Positions 7,799 to 16,834 of a DNA stretch of 64,000 nt are shown piece by piece. The DNA lies in assembly GCA_963663805.2 (NCBI GenBank), contig CAXXMR010000027.1, positions 32,001 through 96,000 on the forward strand, given 5' to 3'. The notes under the pieces are model-generated. The model did not search any database. It saw only the letters and a program-made list of their open reading frames with translations, and was not told the DNA's origin. Numbering within the stretch: position 1 is the first letter of the stretch; each line of letters begins with the position of its first letter. Position numbers and translations under genes: made by a program. This DNA is from Sedimentisphaerales bacterium. Lineage in GTDB: Bacteria; Planctomycetota; Phycisphaerae; Sedimentisphaerales; SM23-30.

Positions 7799-8968
7799 AT
7801 GGCAAGTTTTTTAAAGAAACGAGGTAAAGTTTATTATGCTCAGTATTATATCGGAACCAAGCAAAAACGGGTGAGTCTGGAAACTATGTCTTACCAAGTA
7901 GCAAAAGAAAAAATTCGGGATATTGAATCGGCTTTGTCGATGGGGTCGGATTCTCCGCTACCTTCCAAAACTCCCCTAGAAAAAATTCTACAGAAATATG
8001 TCGTGCATATCCGCACGGTCAAGACTGCTAAGAGTGCCCAGACTGATGTTTACTATTTACGTCAGATGTTCGGGCCTATCTGTACTGGGTTGCAGGTGAC
8101 TATCCGGAAGGTATCTGCTAAAGCCCTCAAAAGGCCGCCCAAGCCGGGGCAGGACCGGAGATTTAAAGCATCGGTGATCGAGGTAGGATATTTTGAGCAA
8201 ATCACCACAGAGGCAATATCTAGCTTTATATCGGCAAAAGTGCGTAGCACGGGGATAGCACCCAAGACAGCTAATCGATATCGGGAGATAATGTGCAGGC
8301 TGTTTAACTGGGCCATGGCTGAGGGTGGAGTGAAAATGCCTAACGATAAGAACCCAGCCGCTAAGGTGGGAAGGTACAAAGAATCTGCCCCTAAAATACG
8401 GTTTTTAACCTTACCGCAGATTGATGAGCAGCTAAATGCCCTTAGCGATTGCCCGCAAATTAAGATAATGGTGGCAATGTACATCTACGCAGGGTTAAGG
8501 CGGGAAGAATTGCTATGGCTCAGGCAAGAGGATATAAACCTAAAGGCAGGATATAACGGCATGATTCGGATACAGGCCAAGACCGTTAATGACGAAAGCT
8601 GTGAGCCAAAAACAAAGGTAAATCGTGCAGTGCCAATAAGTTCTAGCTTGCGAAGTGTTTTAGAATATTATCGTGTCCGTCCTTCGTTTGGAGATTGGTA
8701 TTTTCCCAGCCCACAGGGGCACAGATACGACCCGGATAACTTCTCAAGCGACCTTAGAGCAGCTAATCATAAAGTGGGCTTAAAATGGACCTGTCTGGAT
8801 TTTCGGCATACTTTTGGAAGTCAGCTTGCAATGAAAGGGGAAAGTTTGTATAAGATATCTACTTTATTGGGTAATTCGCCGGAAATTTGTAAAAGGCATT
8901 ACGCAGCTTTGTTGCCTGAAAGTTTGTTTAATACCGTTGATTTCGCAAGTAAAACCAGTGTTAACTAA
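7799..8968 (+). CDS. Tyrosine recombinase/integrase
   Basis: N-terminal arm-binding-like domain; AGLRREE, PKTK, DFRHTF, LLGNS, RHYA. Confidence 0.92.
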   Translation: MASFLKKRGKVYYAQYYIGTKQKRVSLETMSYQVAKEKIRDIESALSMGSDSPLPSKTPLEKILQKYVVHIRTVKTAKSAQTDVYYLRQMFGPICTGLQVTIRKVSAKALKRPPKPGQDRRFKASVIEVGYFEQITTEAISSFISAKVRSTGIAPKTANRYREIMCRLFNWAMAEGGVKMPNDKNPAAKVGRYKESAPKIRFLTLPQIDEQLNALSDCPQIKIMVAMYIYAGLRREELLWLRQEDINLKAGYNGMIRIQAKTVNDESCEPKTKVNRAVPISSSLRSVLEYYRVRPSFGDWYFPSPQGHRYDPDNFSSDLRAANHKVGLKWTCLDFRHTFGSQLAMKGESLYKISTLLGNSPEICKRHYAALLPESLFNTVDFASKTSVN

Positions 8969-9243
8969 TTATGGTTTTTCGAGGCGTTTTACCGCCTTGA
9001 AAACCTAGTTGTACTGAACGCGTGGGTTGGTTGGGTGTTTCGAAGCGTTTTTTGGGTTGGTGTTTTGGGCGTTTTTTATGTTTCTGCGGGTATCGGCATC
9101 ATGCTTTTTGCGAGCTTTGGTCTCTTCGGCGCATACCGGTGACGTAGTCCCGAACTTTGTGGTTCATTCCGGGCGATTTTGTTCGCTGGGTCATTGTTCG
9201 ATGCTAATCACCACATGCAAAGGGGGAAGCATTTGTAGAAAAT

Positions 9244-9738
9244 ATGCTAAAGGCCTCGGTTGATGAGACTACGGGGGTTGGCTTGGATGTTCATATGCTT
9301 CAGCCGGGTTTGGGTTGGGTTCCCTGGTGGCAAAGTACGGTTTATCCTGATGCTTATCAGTGGTTCCAGCAGACATATCAGGTTACTCCGGATGGTTATG
9401 GGCAATATATGCTCGCTGGTGGTGATATGTTGCCGGTATTTATTTCCGAGTGCAGAGCAAATGGGCTTATACCATTCATCTCGTATAGACTTAATGACGC
9501 TCACGGCAAAGAATATATTGATGCTGATCCAGGCACTGTTCCTCCTTGGACCGGCCATGCTCTTAGCCGATTTTACAAGGATCATCCGGAATATCGAATC
9601 GGGCCAAGTATGGATAATTGGTATCAAAGAGTTCATGACTGGTCAATAGATGCTGTTCGCCAACATAAATATGATTTTATTGAAGAAATATGTCAAAATT
9701 ATGACATTGACGGCCTTGAACTTGATTTTATGCGTAAC
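9244..9738 (+). pseudogene. Fragment of a glycoside-hydrolase-like TIM barrel (GHL10-like), cut by IS21
   Basis: ISYRLND, EEICQNYDIDGLELDFMR, then the IS terminus. Confidence 0.65.
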
Positions 9739-9835
9739 TGTCAATGGGCGCTTGAAAACCGGCCAGGTTGGGGCGCTGCAAAACCGGCCACTTTGATTAT
9801 GGGTTTATAAATGTTGGTGGGGGTTTTTGCAAGGG

Positions 9836-10600
9836 TTAATCTTCTTTTTTTGGATTTTCGGGGTCGGATTGCTTTTTCTTGTTTTTCAGACGATAGCTTC
9901 TGCCGGTGATTTGGACTATTTCGGAATGATGCAGGAAGCGGTCCAGGATGGCGGTGGCTGAGGGCACATCGCCCAGAAGTTTGCCCCAATCTTCCAGCGG
10001 GCGGTTACTGGTCATGATTGTCGAACGGACTTCATATCTTTGCATGATCACTTCAAAAAGATACTCGCCGCTGTTTCGGGGCAATTGTTTCATGCCCATG
10101 TCATCGATTATCAGCAGGTCGGGTTTCAGATACTTCGCCAAAACTTTGTCTATCTGTCCCAAAGCTTCATCCTGCATAAAATCGCGTACCAGATCGAAGA
10201 TCGAACGATAGCGAACCGTATGGCCGTTCTTAATTGCCTGATAACCCAAAGCCTGGGCCAAATGACTTTTGCCGGTGCCGGGTGGTCCCAGGAATAATAT
10301 ATCGTTGCCCTGACGGATAAATTTGCAACAGGCAAAATCGTAGATCTGTTTTCGTTTAATGGTATTGTTGAACTGCCAGTCGAAATCTTCCAGGGTTTTT
10401 AATTCTCGAAACCCGGCCTGCTTAATTCTTCTCTGCATGAGTCTTTCATCTCTAATGAGAAGTTCATCCTGCAAAATCAGTTCTAAAAACTGATCGTATG
10501 AAAGCTGATTACCTACCGCTTCCTGGATACGAATTTCCAGCGAAGATGCCAGGCCGGACAATCGTAATTTCCTTAACGATGTTAACAATGATTCCTGCAT
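9836..10600 (-). CDS. istB: IS21 helper ATPase
   Basis: GPPGTGKSHL, LLIIDD, TSN, AILDR; AAGGAG RBS before MQESLL. Confidence 0.95.
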   Translation of the reverse strand: MQESLLTSLRKLRLSGLASSLEIRIQEAVGNQLSYDQFLELILQDELLIRDERLMQRRIKQAGFRELKTLEDFDWQFNNTIKRKQIYDFACCKFIRQGNDILFLGPPGTGKSHLAQALGYQAIKNGHTVRYRSIFDLVRDFMQDEALGQIDKVLAKYLKPDLLIIDDMGMKQLPRNSGEYLFEVIMQRYEVRSTIMTSNRPLEDWGKLLGDVPSATAILDRFLHHSEIVQITGRSYRLKNKKKQSDPENPKKED

Positions 10601-10725
10601 GTTTGTGCTCCTTGATTTGAAGGTTAGTAAAACAAATATTCCGTTTTCCCTTCTCGCCCAAAGGTGGAGGTTAAATGGCGGGGTTTGGGGCCGGCCCCAA
10701 GTAAAAATAGTTGCCGCAGGCATCC

Positions 10726-12336
10726 TTAATATTCATGATCTCCAAATGTTGTCAAAGTGACAAATTCCTGATAATCGCTCATATCACGAATAATCGGATG
10801 TTCATCGATAAAGTTCATCATCTGCTGGTCCGGGATATCCTGATCTAATATTTTTTGAATAGTTTGCAACCGCCAGGCTCCGTGATTGAGGGCTTTACGA
10901 CAGGCATCATCTATTTGCTTAGGCGAATACGTGCCGCTCAGGCTCAATAGACCTAATATAGCTCTTTGGCCGGTTACGCCCCGGATTTCAAATAACTGCT
11001 TGGCCCAACGATGACTATGCTTACCGAGCAAAGCTGTTCTTTGGATCAGCCATTGGGCACCTTTTTCAATTTGGCTTTGTTTATGGGGATGGATATGCTG
11101 CTGGTTAGTCTGAAATCTGCCCGGTTCAACTTTGCTGTGCAGAGCGATCTGTTCCATTTTATGGTTGAATACCCGAACCAGACGGCTGTCCCAACGCACC
11201 CATACTTGATGACCCACAAATTCCGGCGGAACCGAATAGTATGATTTATCAACTTCGACATGGCCATCGCGATGAACACTGCGTTTGCCTTCGTTAAAGG
11301 ACGGGAAATAACTTTCCGGCAAAGATTTCAAGGCCGGCTTTTCGATTTCCAGAAAAACCTTCTCGACCTGCTGACGGGTAGTACCGTGAATACGTTTGTC
11401 TGCAATGCTCTTTTCCCAATGCAGAAGATGGGCGTTCTGCTGATTAAGGCAATCAAAATCTCGGCCTTTAAGAGCATTGGACTTAACATAATTTATACCA
11501 TTCTCGACTTTGCCTTTGTGACGAGGCATATATGGTTTAGTGGGCAGGATGGCGGTACCGTAATGAACATAAAAAGATTGAACCTTGGGTACGACCTCCG
11601 GATCATACCAGTCTGCCCGCGTTACCGCCGCCTTGAGATTGTCAATTACAATGGTTTGCGGCACCCCGCCGAAATACCAGAAGGCCTTTTCCAGACAACG
11701 CAAAAAACTATCGGTACTCTGATGGAATACCGTTTCACTGTAGGCTTTGCGGGAACAACTCAGGACGATCCGGAAGACGTAACTTCTTTTGCGTTTGCCG
11801 TTGGGCAGAGGAATATATCGGGCAGTACCGAAATCAATCTGAGCTTCCAGACCTGGCGAACATTCCAGACGCCGAAAAGGCAGAGGATTGGTGTGCCGCA
11901 GCTTGCCAACGTAACGCCGTACACTGTAGTAGCTGCCGGTGAAATTATGGTCCGCTGCCAGATCCTGGTAAATTCGCTGAGCAGAGAGTTCCTGCTGAAC
12001 CATCGGGACGATCAATTCGTGGTATTGGACACATTGACTGGTAGAACCGGGCGGAATCGAGATAGAATCGACCTCAGAGCCGGGGGACGCCTTGGCCGGT
12101 TTTGAATCCCCCAGGGGCGCCCCGTACGGAGCAGATGCCGCCTGCCTGTCGACTGGCTTAGTCGATTCGCCTTCGGAAGGCCCGTCATCGTTGCCTGGCA
12201 CCTCACGAAGCCGCCAATACCGGGCCACCGTCTCCCTGTGAATGCCTAACTCCCGTTCAATACGACGGTTAGACCAGCCACGATCCTTGAGTTGTAATAC
12301 CGTTTGTACCTGTGCCATCGTCAAATAGTTCGCCAT
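10726..12336 (-). CDS. istA: IS21 DDE transposase
   Basis: N-terminal HTH, QIDFG, FGGVP..IVIDN, KGKVE. Confidence 0.95.
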   Translation of the reverse strand: MANYLTMAQVQTVLQLKDRGWSNRRIERELGIHRETVARYWRLREVPGNDDGPSEGESTKPVDRQAASAPYGAPLGDSKPAKASPGSEVDSISIPPGSTSQCVQYHELIVPMVQQELSAQRIYQDLAADHNFTGSYYSVRRYVGKLRHTNPLPFRRLECSPGLEAQIDFGTARYIPLPNGKRKRSYVFRIVLSCSRKAYSETVFHQSTDSFLRCLEKAFWYFGGVPQTIVIDNLKAAVTRADWYDPEVVPKVQSFYVHYGTAILPTKPYMPRHKGKVENGINYVKSNALKGRDFDCLNQQNAHLLHWEKSIADKRIHGTTRQQVEKVFLEIEKPALKSLPESYFPSFNEGKRSVHRDGHVEVDKSYYSVPPEFVGHQVWVRWDSRLVRVFNHKMEQIALHSKVEPGRFQTNQQHIHPHKQSQIEKGAQWLIQRTALLGKHSHRWAKQLFEIRGVTGQRAILGLLSLSGTYSPKQIDDACRKALNHGAWRLQTIQKILDQDIPDQQMMNFIDEHPIIRDMSDYQEFVTLTTFGDHEY

Positions 12337-12454
12337 TTTGTGCCTCTGATAACCTGAGTTTTTACCCAGATTAACAAAGACAAACATTTCAACTATTCAA
12401 TTTTGGCCGGTTTTCAAGCGCCCCTCATTGGCCGGTTTTGAGCGCCCCTTGACA

Positions 12455-13521
12455 CCCGGCATCATGGCACTTGTGGCGAGACCACAGAGTTTTTGTCCCT
12501 TGGGCTACAATTCAAAACTGGGTTGAGGCGACGGGGAAAAAAAGCTGAGCAACGAATTACAACTGAGTACCTTGATGGTGTTCTGGCTGATTTCTCCGGC
12601 TATATTGCAGCGGACGAATTATATGATGGGCCATTCTGCGTCTTATCCATAGTGGATAACCACACCTTCAAACGGCTCATCTACGAGGTTCTTGACCATA
12701 ATCCCACTCATGAAGATATAACAAACTTTTCCTTTCGGTTTCGGACCGAACTGGTACAAAGAACGCTGACATTACGGGGTGTTACGACCGACGGCTCGCC
12801 TTTATATCCGGAGCCATTGGCGCTGATATTTCCTGACGCTGCTCATCAGGTGTGCGAATTTCATGTCCTCAAGGAGATCAACAGAGAAATACTCAAAGCT
12901 GTTACGAAAGTACGACGAGAGCTCAAGGCAAAGTTGCCCAAGCTGAAACGTGGCCGTCCATCGTCTTCTTCCGCGAAGAAAGCGGCATCACGCAAGAAGA
13001 AACAGGAAAAGAAAATTGCCGATCTGTTTGAGCACAGATATTTATTTGTACAACATTCATTGAGTTCGAAGGATAAGAAGAAGTTTTTGCATATAACCAG
13101 AGGCTTGCCAAACCTGAGAAATTTACGCTCGATCATGGATCAGGTTTATCGTCTTTTTGACCGTCGTTGTCGAACGGAAACGGCATTGGAAAAGTTGGCT
13201 GTGTTACGCCGGCGAATTGGGCGATTCAAAACCTTGCGACAGACTCTTAAGAAATTGTTCACCCCCAATATCGAAAAGGCGTTGACCTTCCTTGATGATT
13301 CACAACTGCCGTCAACGTCCAACGCGGTTGAACGGGGCTATCGCCGCCATCGAAAAATGCAGAAGAGTGTCTATCGAGTGCGAACTCAAACCAATATCAG
13401 CCAGCGGGTGGCTATTGATATGCAGCGTGACGAGCAGTCCCAAGGCCGTTTACGAACTACAACAACACTTCATGAAGAAAGGACTGGAATGCTATGTTGC
13501 CGGTAAAGATGCTACAGAGTC
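12455..13521 (+). mobile_element. 5'-truncated DDE transposase element with a -1 slippery site; family uncertain
   Basis: Upstream frame WHLWRDHRVFVPWATIQNWVEATGKK joins the AADELYDG/TTDGS/TSNAVER frame at A7G (12537-12544); right end approximate. Confidence 0.75.
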
Positions 13522-13541
13522 ATAATTTTTTCAAATTATCT

Positions 13542-15132
13542 GTAACACTTTAGCCAAGTGAAGCAGAGAACTCCGCGAGTTTTGGCAATTTGCCGGTTTT
13601 GATGTATGTTCGCAGGGCTTTTTTGATGGTAGCAACCGGGTTTAGGCCGCGTTGTTTCAGGGTAAAAAACACGCTCATCAGCACCGATTGCGTTCGGGCT
13701 CCACGGTCGCTGCGGTTGTTATAGCTGTTCTTTCGCATGATCACCGCGCCGCGAATGCTGCGTTCGCCAAAATTATTATCGAACGGCACCTCGCGATTGC
13801 TCAGAAAAGTGAACAGCTCATCATGATGGCGTTTCAAACGCTTAATCAACCGCTGAGCTTCCTTGTTCGACCACTCATGCGCGATAATAAGATCCAAGCG
13901 TTTTTCGATTCGTTGGCAGCGCCGCTGGTAAACCGTCGCATCCAGTTCATCGATGCGTTTACGCAGGCGTATCGCGTCGCGAATTAATCGTTTGAGTTTT
14001 TTGGAGAACCTCGGCCAATCGCCGCTGTGGTCTTTGGCTTTCCAGACTCGCTCCAAATCACGCAGTAAGTGAACCAGGCACTTTTGTTTGGCGCATGACA
14101 ATACATTGTAAGCATACCAGAAGTCACTTACGAACACGCCGTTGAAACATTCTTTGATAAATTCCAAAACCACCGGCCCGGCCCGCGACTGCTCGACCGT
14201 AAAAATCGTGGCTTGATGGCTGGTAAAGCACCATAACCAATGCGTTTTACCGTTTACCCGCCAGCCGGTCTCATCGCCGTGCAGGACACCGGCTTTTTGA
14301 ATGTCCTCGATTATTTCTTCGTACCAGGCCAGGAGTATATCCGCTAAACGATGCCACATCTGGACTAATCCGCCCGGCGACATCTTAAACCGGAGATGAA
14401 AATTAAACACCTCCAGGATCTGCGCTATCGTATTGCCCAACGCAAAGTGGAGCCAGGCACACAAAACCACAATACCATTGCCAATAGATGATTTTGGCAG
14501 AGCATCGGTTACGATCGGCTCAACCGCCTTGCGACAGTTCGGACACCAGTCGCGATGAATAACATGCTTTACCGTCTCAACGCGAACATCTTCCGGGATG
14601 TCTTCGATGATTCGTTCACGTGTGCCGGAACATTTTTTCAGTTCGCCGCCGCAGTCCGGACAACATGAAGCGCGATGTTCTTCGGTACGGTCTATTTGGG
14701 TCGGCAGATTGCGGCGAGTACCTTGATGCCCTTTTTTACGGCCAAACTTTTTGCCGCGTTTTTTATCTGTTTTGTTCGGCTTGACAAAAACCGGCTTCTG
14801 ACCTGAGGGACACGAAGGATCAGCCGGACTGCCGGCAACTAACGTACCTTGTGTTTTTTCCGCTGCCAGTTTCGACAGTCTCAGCAAAACAAAAACCACC
14901 GCCTCTCTGCCTTGCTCGTAAATAAGCTCAGCCTGCTCCGCAGTCAATTCCTGCTCTAAGGCCAGGTCGGCGATAGCCTGTTCAGCATTCGGCTTCATCA
15001 TGCTGAAACTATAAACCATTACACGCAATAGCGCAAATTACCCATCTTAACATTTTAAAGTTTTTTTTGTCTTTTTTTTGCACAAGCCAACCCAAAAGCT
15101 ATAGAATTTGCTTCACTTGGCTAAAATGTTAC
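13542..15132 (-). mobile_element. IS66-family (single-ORF, ISBst12-like) insertion sequence
   Basis: 24 bp IR GTAACA(C/T)TTTAGCCAAGTGAAGCA; 8 bp TSD AATTATCT at 13534-13541 and 15133-15140. Confidence 0.95.
13550..15028 (-). CDS. IS66-family transposase (TnpC-like)
   Basis: CPDCG...CPNC zinc finger, HGDETGW, VSD, QKCLVHLLR, DNNFGERSIR. Confidence 0.93.
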   Translation of the reverse strand: MRVMVYSFSMMKPNAEQAIADLALEQELTAEQAELIYEQGREAVVFVLLRLSKLAAEKTQGTLVAGSPADPSCPSGQKPVFVKPNKTDKKRGKKFGRKKGHQGTRRNLPTQIDRTEEHRASCCPDCGGELKKCSGTRERIIEDIPEDVRVETVKHVIHRDWCPNCRKAVEPIVTDALPKSSIGNGIVVLCAWLHFALGNTIAQILEVFNFHLRFKMSPGGLVQMWHRLADILLAWYEEIIEDIQKAGVLHGDETGWRVNGKTHWLWCFTSHQATIFTVEQSRAGPVVLEFIKECFNGVFVSDFWYAYNVLSCAKQKCLVHLLRDLERVWKAKDHSGDWPRFSKKLKRLIRDAIRLRKRIDELDATVYQRRCQRIEKRLDLIIAHEWSNKEAQRLIKRLKRHHDELFTFLSNREVPFDNNFGERSIRGAVIMRKNSYNNRSDRGARTQSVLMSVFFTLKQRGLNPVATIKKALRTYIKTGKLPKLAEFSASLG

Positions 15133-15324
15133 AATTATCTCAGAATTTTCCGACAGTTTTTGACCTTTTGGGTAATGTATCAATAGGAGGCTGATGTTTT
15201 TTCTCCCGGGAGTTCGCATGATGAATTTAACCTGACATGATTTTTACCAAAAAGCAATTTTTCCGCGCGACAAAATCGGCGTTATCACGGATATAACAGG
15301 TGAAGGGAATAAAGGTTTTAAGTA

Positions 15325-15525
15325 ATGACAGAAACATCAATCCAACAGAACATCGCAGATAACGCTTCCGGTCCGCGTAAGGCCAGCAGCGATTCGGGCA
15401 GTGTAGAACAGCATGCCCTGCCGGATCAGATCGCGGCGGATAAATTCCTGGAATCGAAAAAGGCTGTGGCAAAAAAAGGACTGGGTTTGAAGTTTAACAA
15501 GCTCTCGCCGGGAGGCACCATCTAA
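15325..15525 (+). CDS. Small phage protein preceding the portal (gpW-like position)
   Basis: 66 aa GPRKASSDSGSVEQH..PDQIAADKFL; adjacent to the portal fragment. Confidence 0.55.
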   Translation: MTETSIQQNIADNASGPRKASSDSGSVEQHALPDQIAADKFLESKKAVAKKGLGLKFNKLSPGGTI

Positions 15526-15530
15526 TCTTT

Positions 15531-15740
15531 ATGAAATGGTTTAAGCGTAAAAATAAGATTCAGACTCCCCGGAGTATTCCGGTTCGGTTGCGGGCCCGTT
15601 ATGACGCCGCGCAGACCACCGCCGAGAGGGCATCGGCCTGGGCCCAGTGCCGGGCATTCTCGGCGGATGCGGCCGCGAACTCGGAAGTCCGCGGTAAACT
15701 CCGCCAAGAGAGATTGTTGGCGAATGCCAAGCTTTTCTGA
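15531..15740 (+). pseudogene. N-terminal fragment of a lambda-type phage portal protein
   Basis: RARYDAA...W....SADAA....R..LR motif, truncated after ~60 aa. Confidence 0.65.
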
Positions 15741-15763
15741 AAATCGAATGGTACGGGGAGTGG

Positions 15764-16834
15764 TTATTTTGGCTGGTTAGATTTGCGGAACTGTTCGTAT
15801 AGTTGACCGTTGAGCAATGGCTCAACCGGCAGGGTCTGGAAGTAGATATTGCCTATGCCGCCATCGTGGGAGGAGTAGTAGCTTACATAGAGAGTCTCGT
15901 TTTCCATTACCAGCCCGGTGTAACTGCAATCTTTGCCCGCTTCAAAGCGATATAGCCTTTTCGTTTTGCCTTCCGGGGTCATTGAGAACAGGGCGCAGCC
16001 GAGTTGGGACTCCTGATAATCGCGGCTGCCAACGAGATAATTGCCGTCAGGCATGATAAGGAAACAGGGACCACCCAACCGCAAATCGGTATTGATCCAT
16101 TGCCAGTCGGTATAGGGCGGCAGGGCTTTGCCCAGGTGCGATAGGCCGAAATCCTTGTGTTTTTCCTCACGAACGAGCAGGATCATTTCGTCGCCGTCGA
16201 ACTGAATAGCGGTTTCGTTGGCGAAACCTTCGGTTTTGAGCAGTGTTAGTTGTTCCCAGATAATACCGTCGGTACTTTTAAAAAGAATCAGTTTATTTAT
16301 ACCTCTCTGGTAGCTGACCGAATAGGCGACCCCTTTGTGCCAGACTACCCGCCAGAGCCAGTCCATATAACTGACATCTTTACCGGTGAGCAGGCAAGGC
16401 AGGGCCTGGGTCCAGTTTTCGCCATCTTTACTGAAAGCAACGTGAGGCTGTCGGCGATAGATATTTCCGTCGTGGTTCCAGGTGCAGCCCATGTTGACCA
16501 TCAGTCTGCCGTCAGGCATAATGCTGAGTTTGGGGTCACGCAGGTCTTTGCCGCATTCCTTGATAAGGGCGACAGACTGCCAGGTTTTGCCTTTGTTGGT
16601 TGATTTCATAATGCGAGCCTGGCCGTAGAAAGGGTCTTTCGAGCGGGTTGTATGGCCGTTGCCTTCACGAAAAGCGACATAGAGATTGCCGTTATAGTTA
16701 ATCAAATCGGTAAAAGCAGCGTAGTTCTGGTCCCAGATTTTTTGCGGGCCATCATCTTTGGTTGTGTTATCGGCGGCGAAGGCAAGCGAGCAGGTGAGCA
16801 TGGCCGCGATTATTATGGTTGAAGACTTTTTCAT
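15764..16834 (-). CDS. Secreted sialidase-like (BNR/Asp-box) beta-propeller
   Basis: Signal peptide; AFTDL, FREG, DLRDPKL, SxDGxxW boxes, DCSY, YYSSH. Confidence 0.75.
   Translation of the reverse strand: MKKSSTIIIAAMLTCSLAFAADNTTKDDGPQKIWDQNYAAFTDLINYNGNLYVAFREGNGHTTRSKDPFYGQARIMKSTNKGKTWQSVALIKECGKDLRDPKLSIMPDGRLMVNMGCTWNHDGNIYRRQPHVAFSKDGENWTQALPCLLTGKDVSYMDWLWRVVWHKGVAYSVSYQRGINKLILFKSTDGIIWEQLTLLKTEGFANETAIQFDGDEMILLVREEKHKDFGLSHLGKALPPYTDWQWINTDLRLGGPCFLIMPDGNYLVGSRDYQESQLGCALFSMTPEGKTKRLYRFEAGKDCSYTGLVMENETLYVSYYSSHDGGIGNIYFQTLPVEPLLNGQLYEQFRKSNQPK

Larger units (their letters stand above)
9739..12454 (-). mobile_element. IS21-family insertion sequence
   Basis: TGTCAA...TTGACA termini, each with two GGGCGCT..AAAACCGGCCA repeats; istA and istB; no target duplication. 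Confidence 0.95.

Noticed and set aside
11260..12105. 281 aa plus-strand ORF
   Set aside because: Antisense shadow of istA with no recognisable motifs
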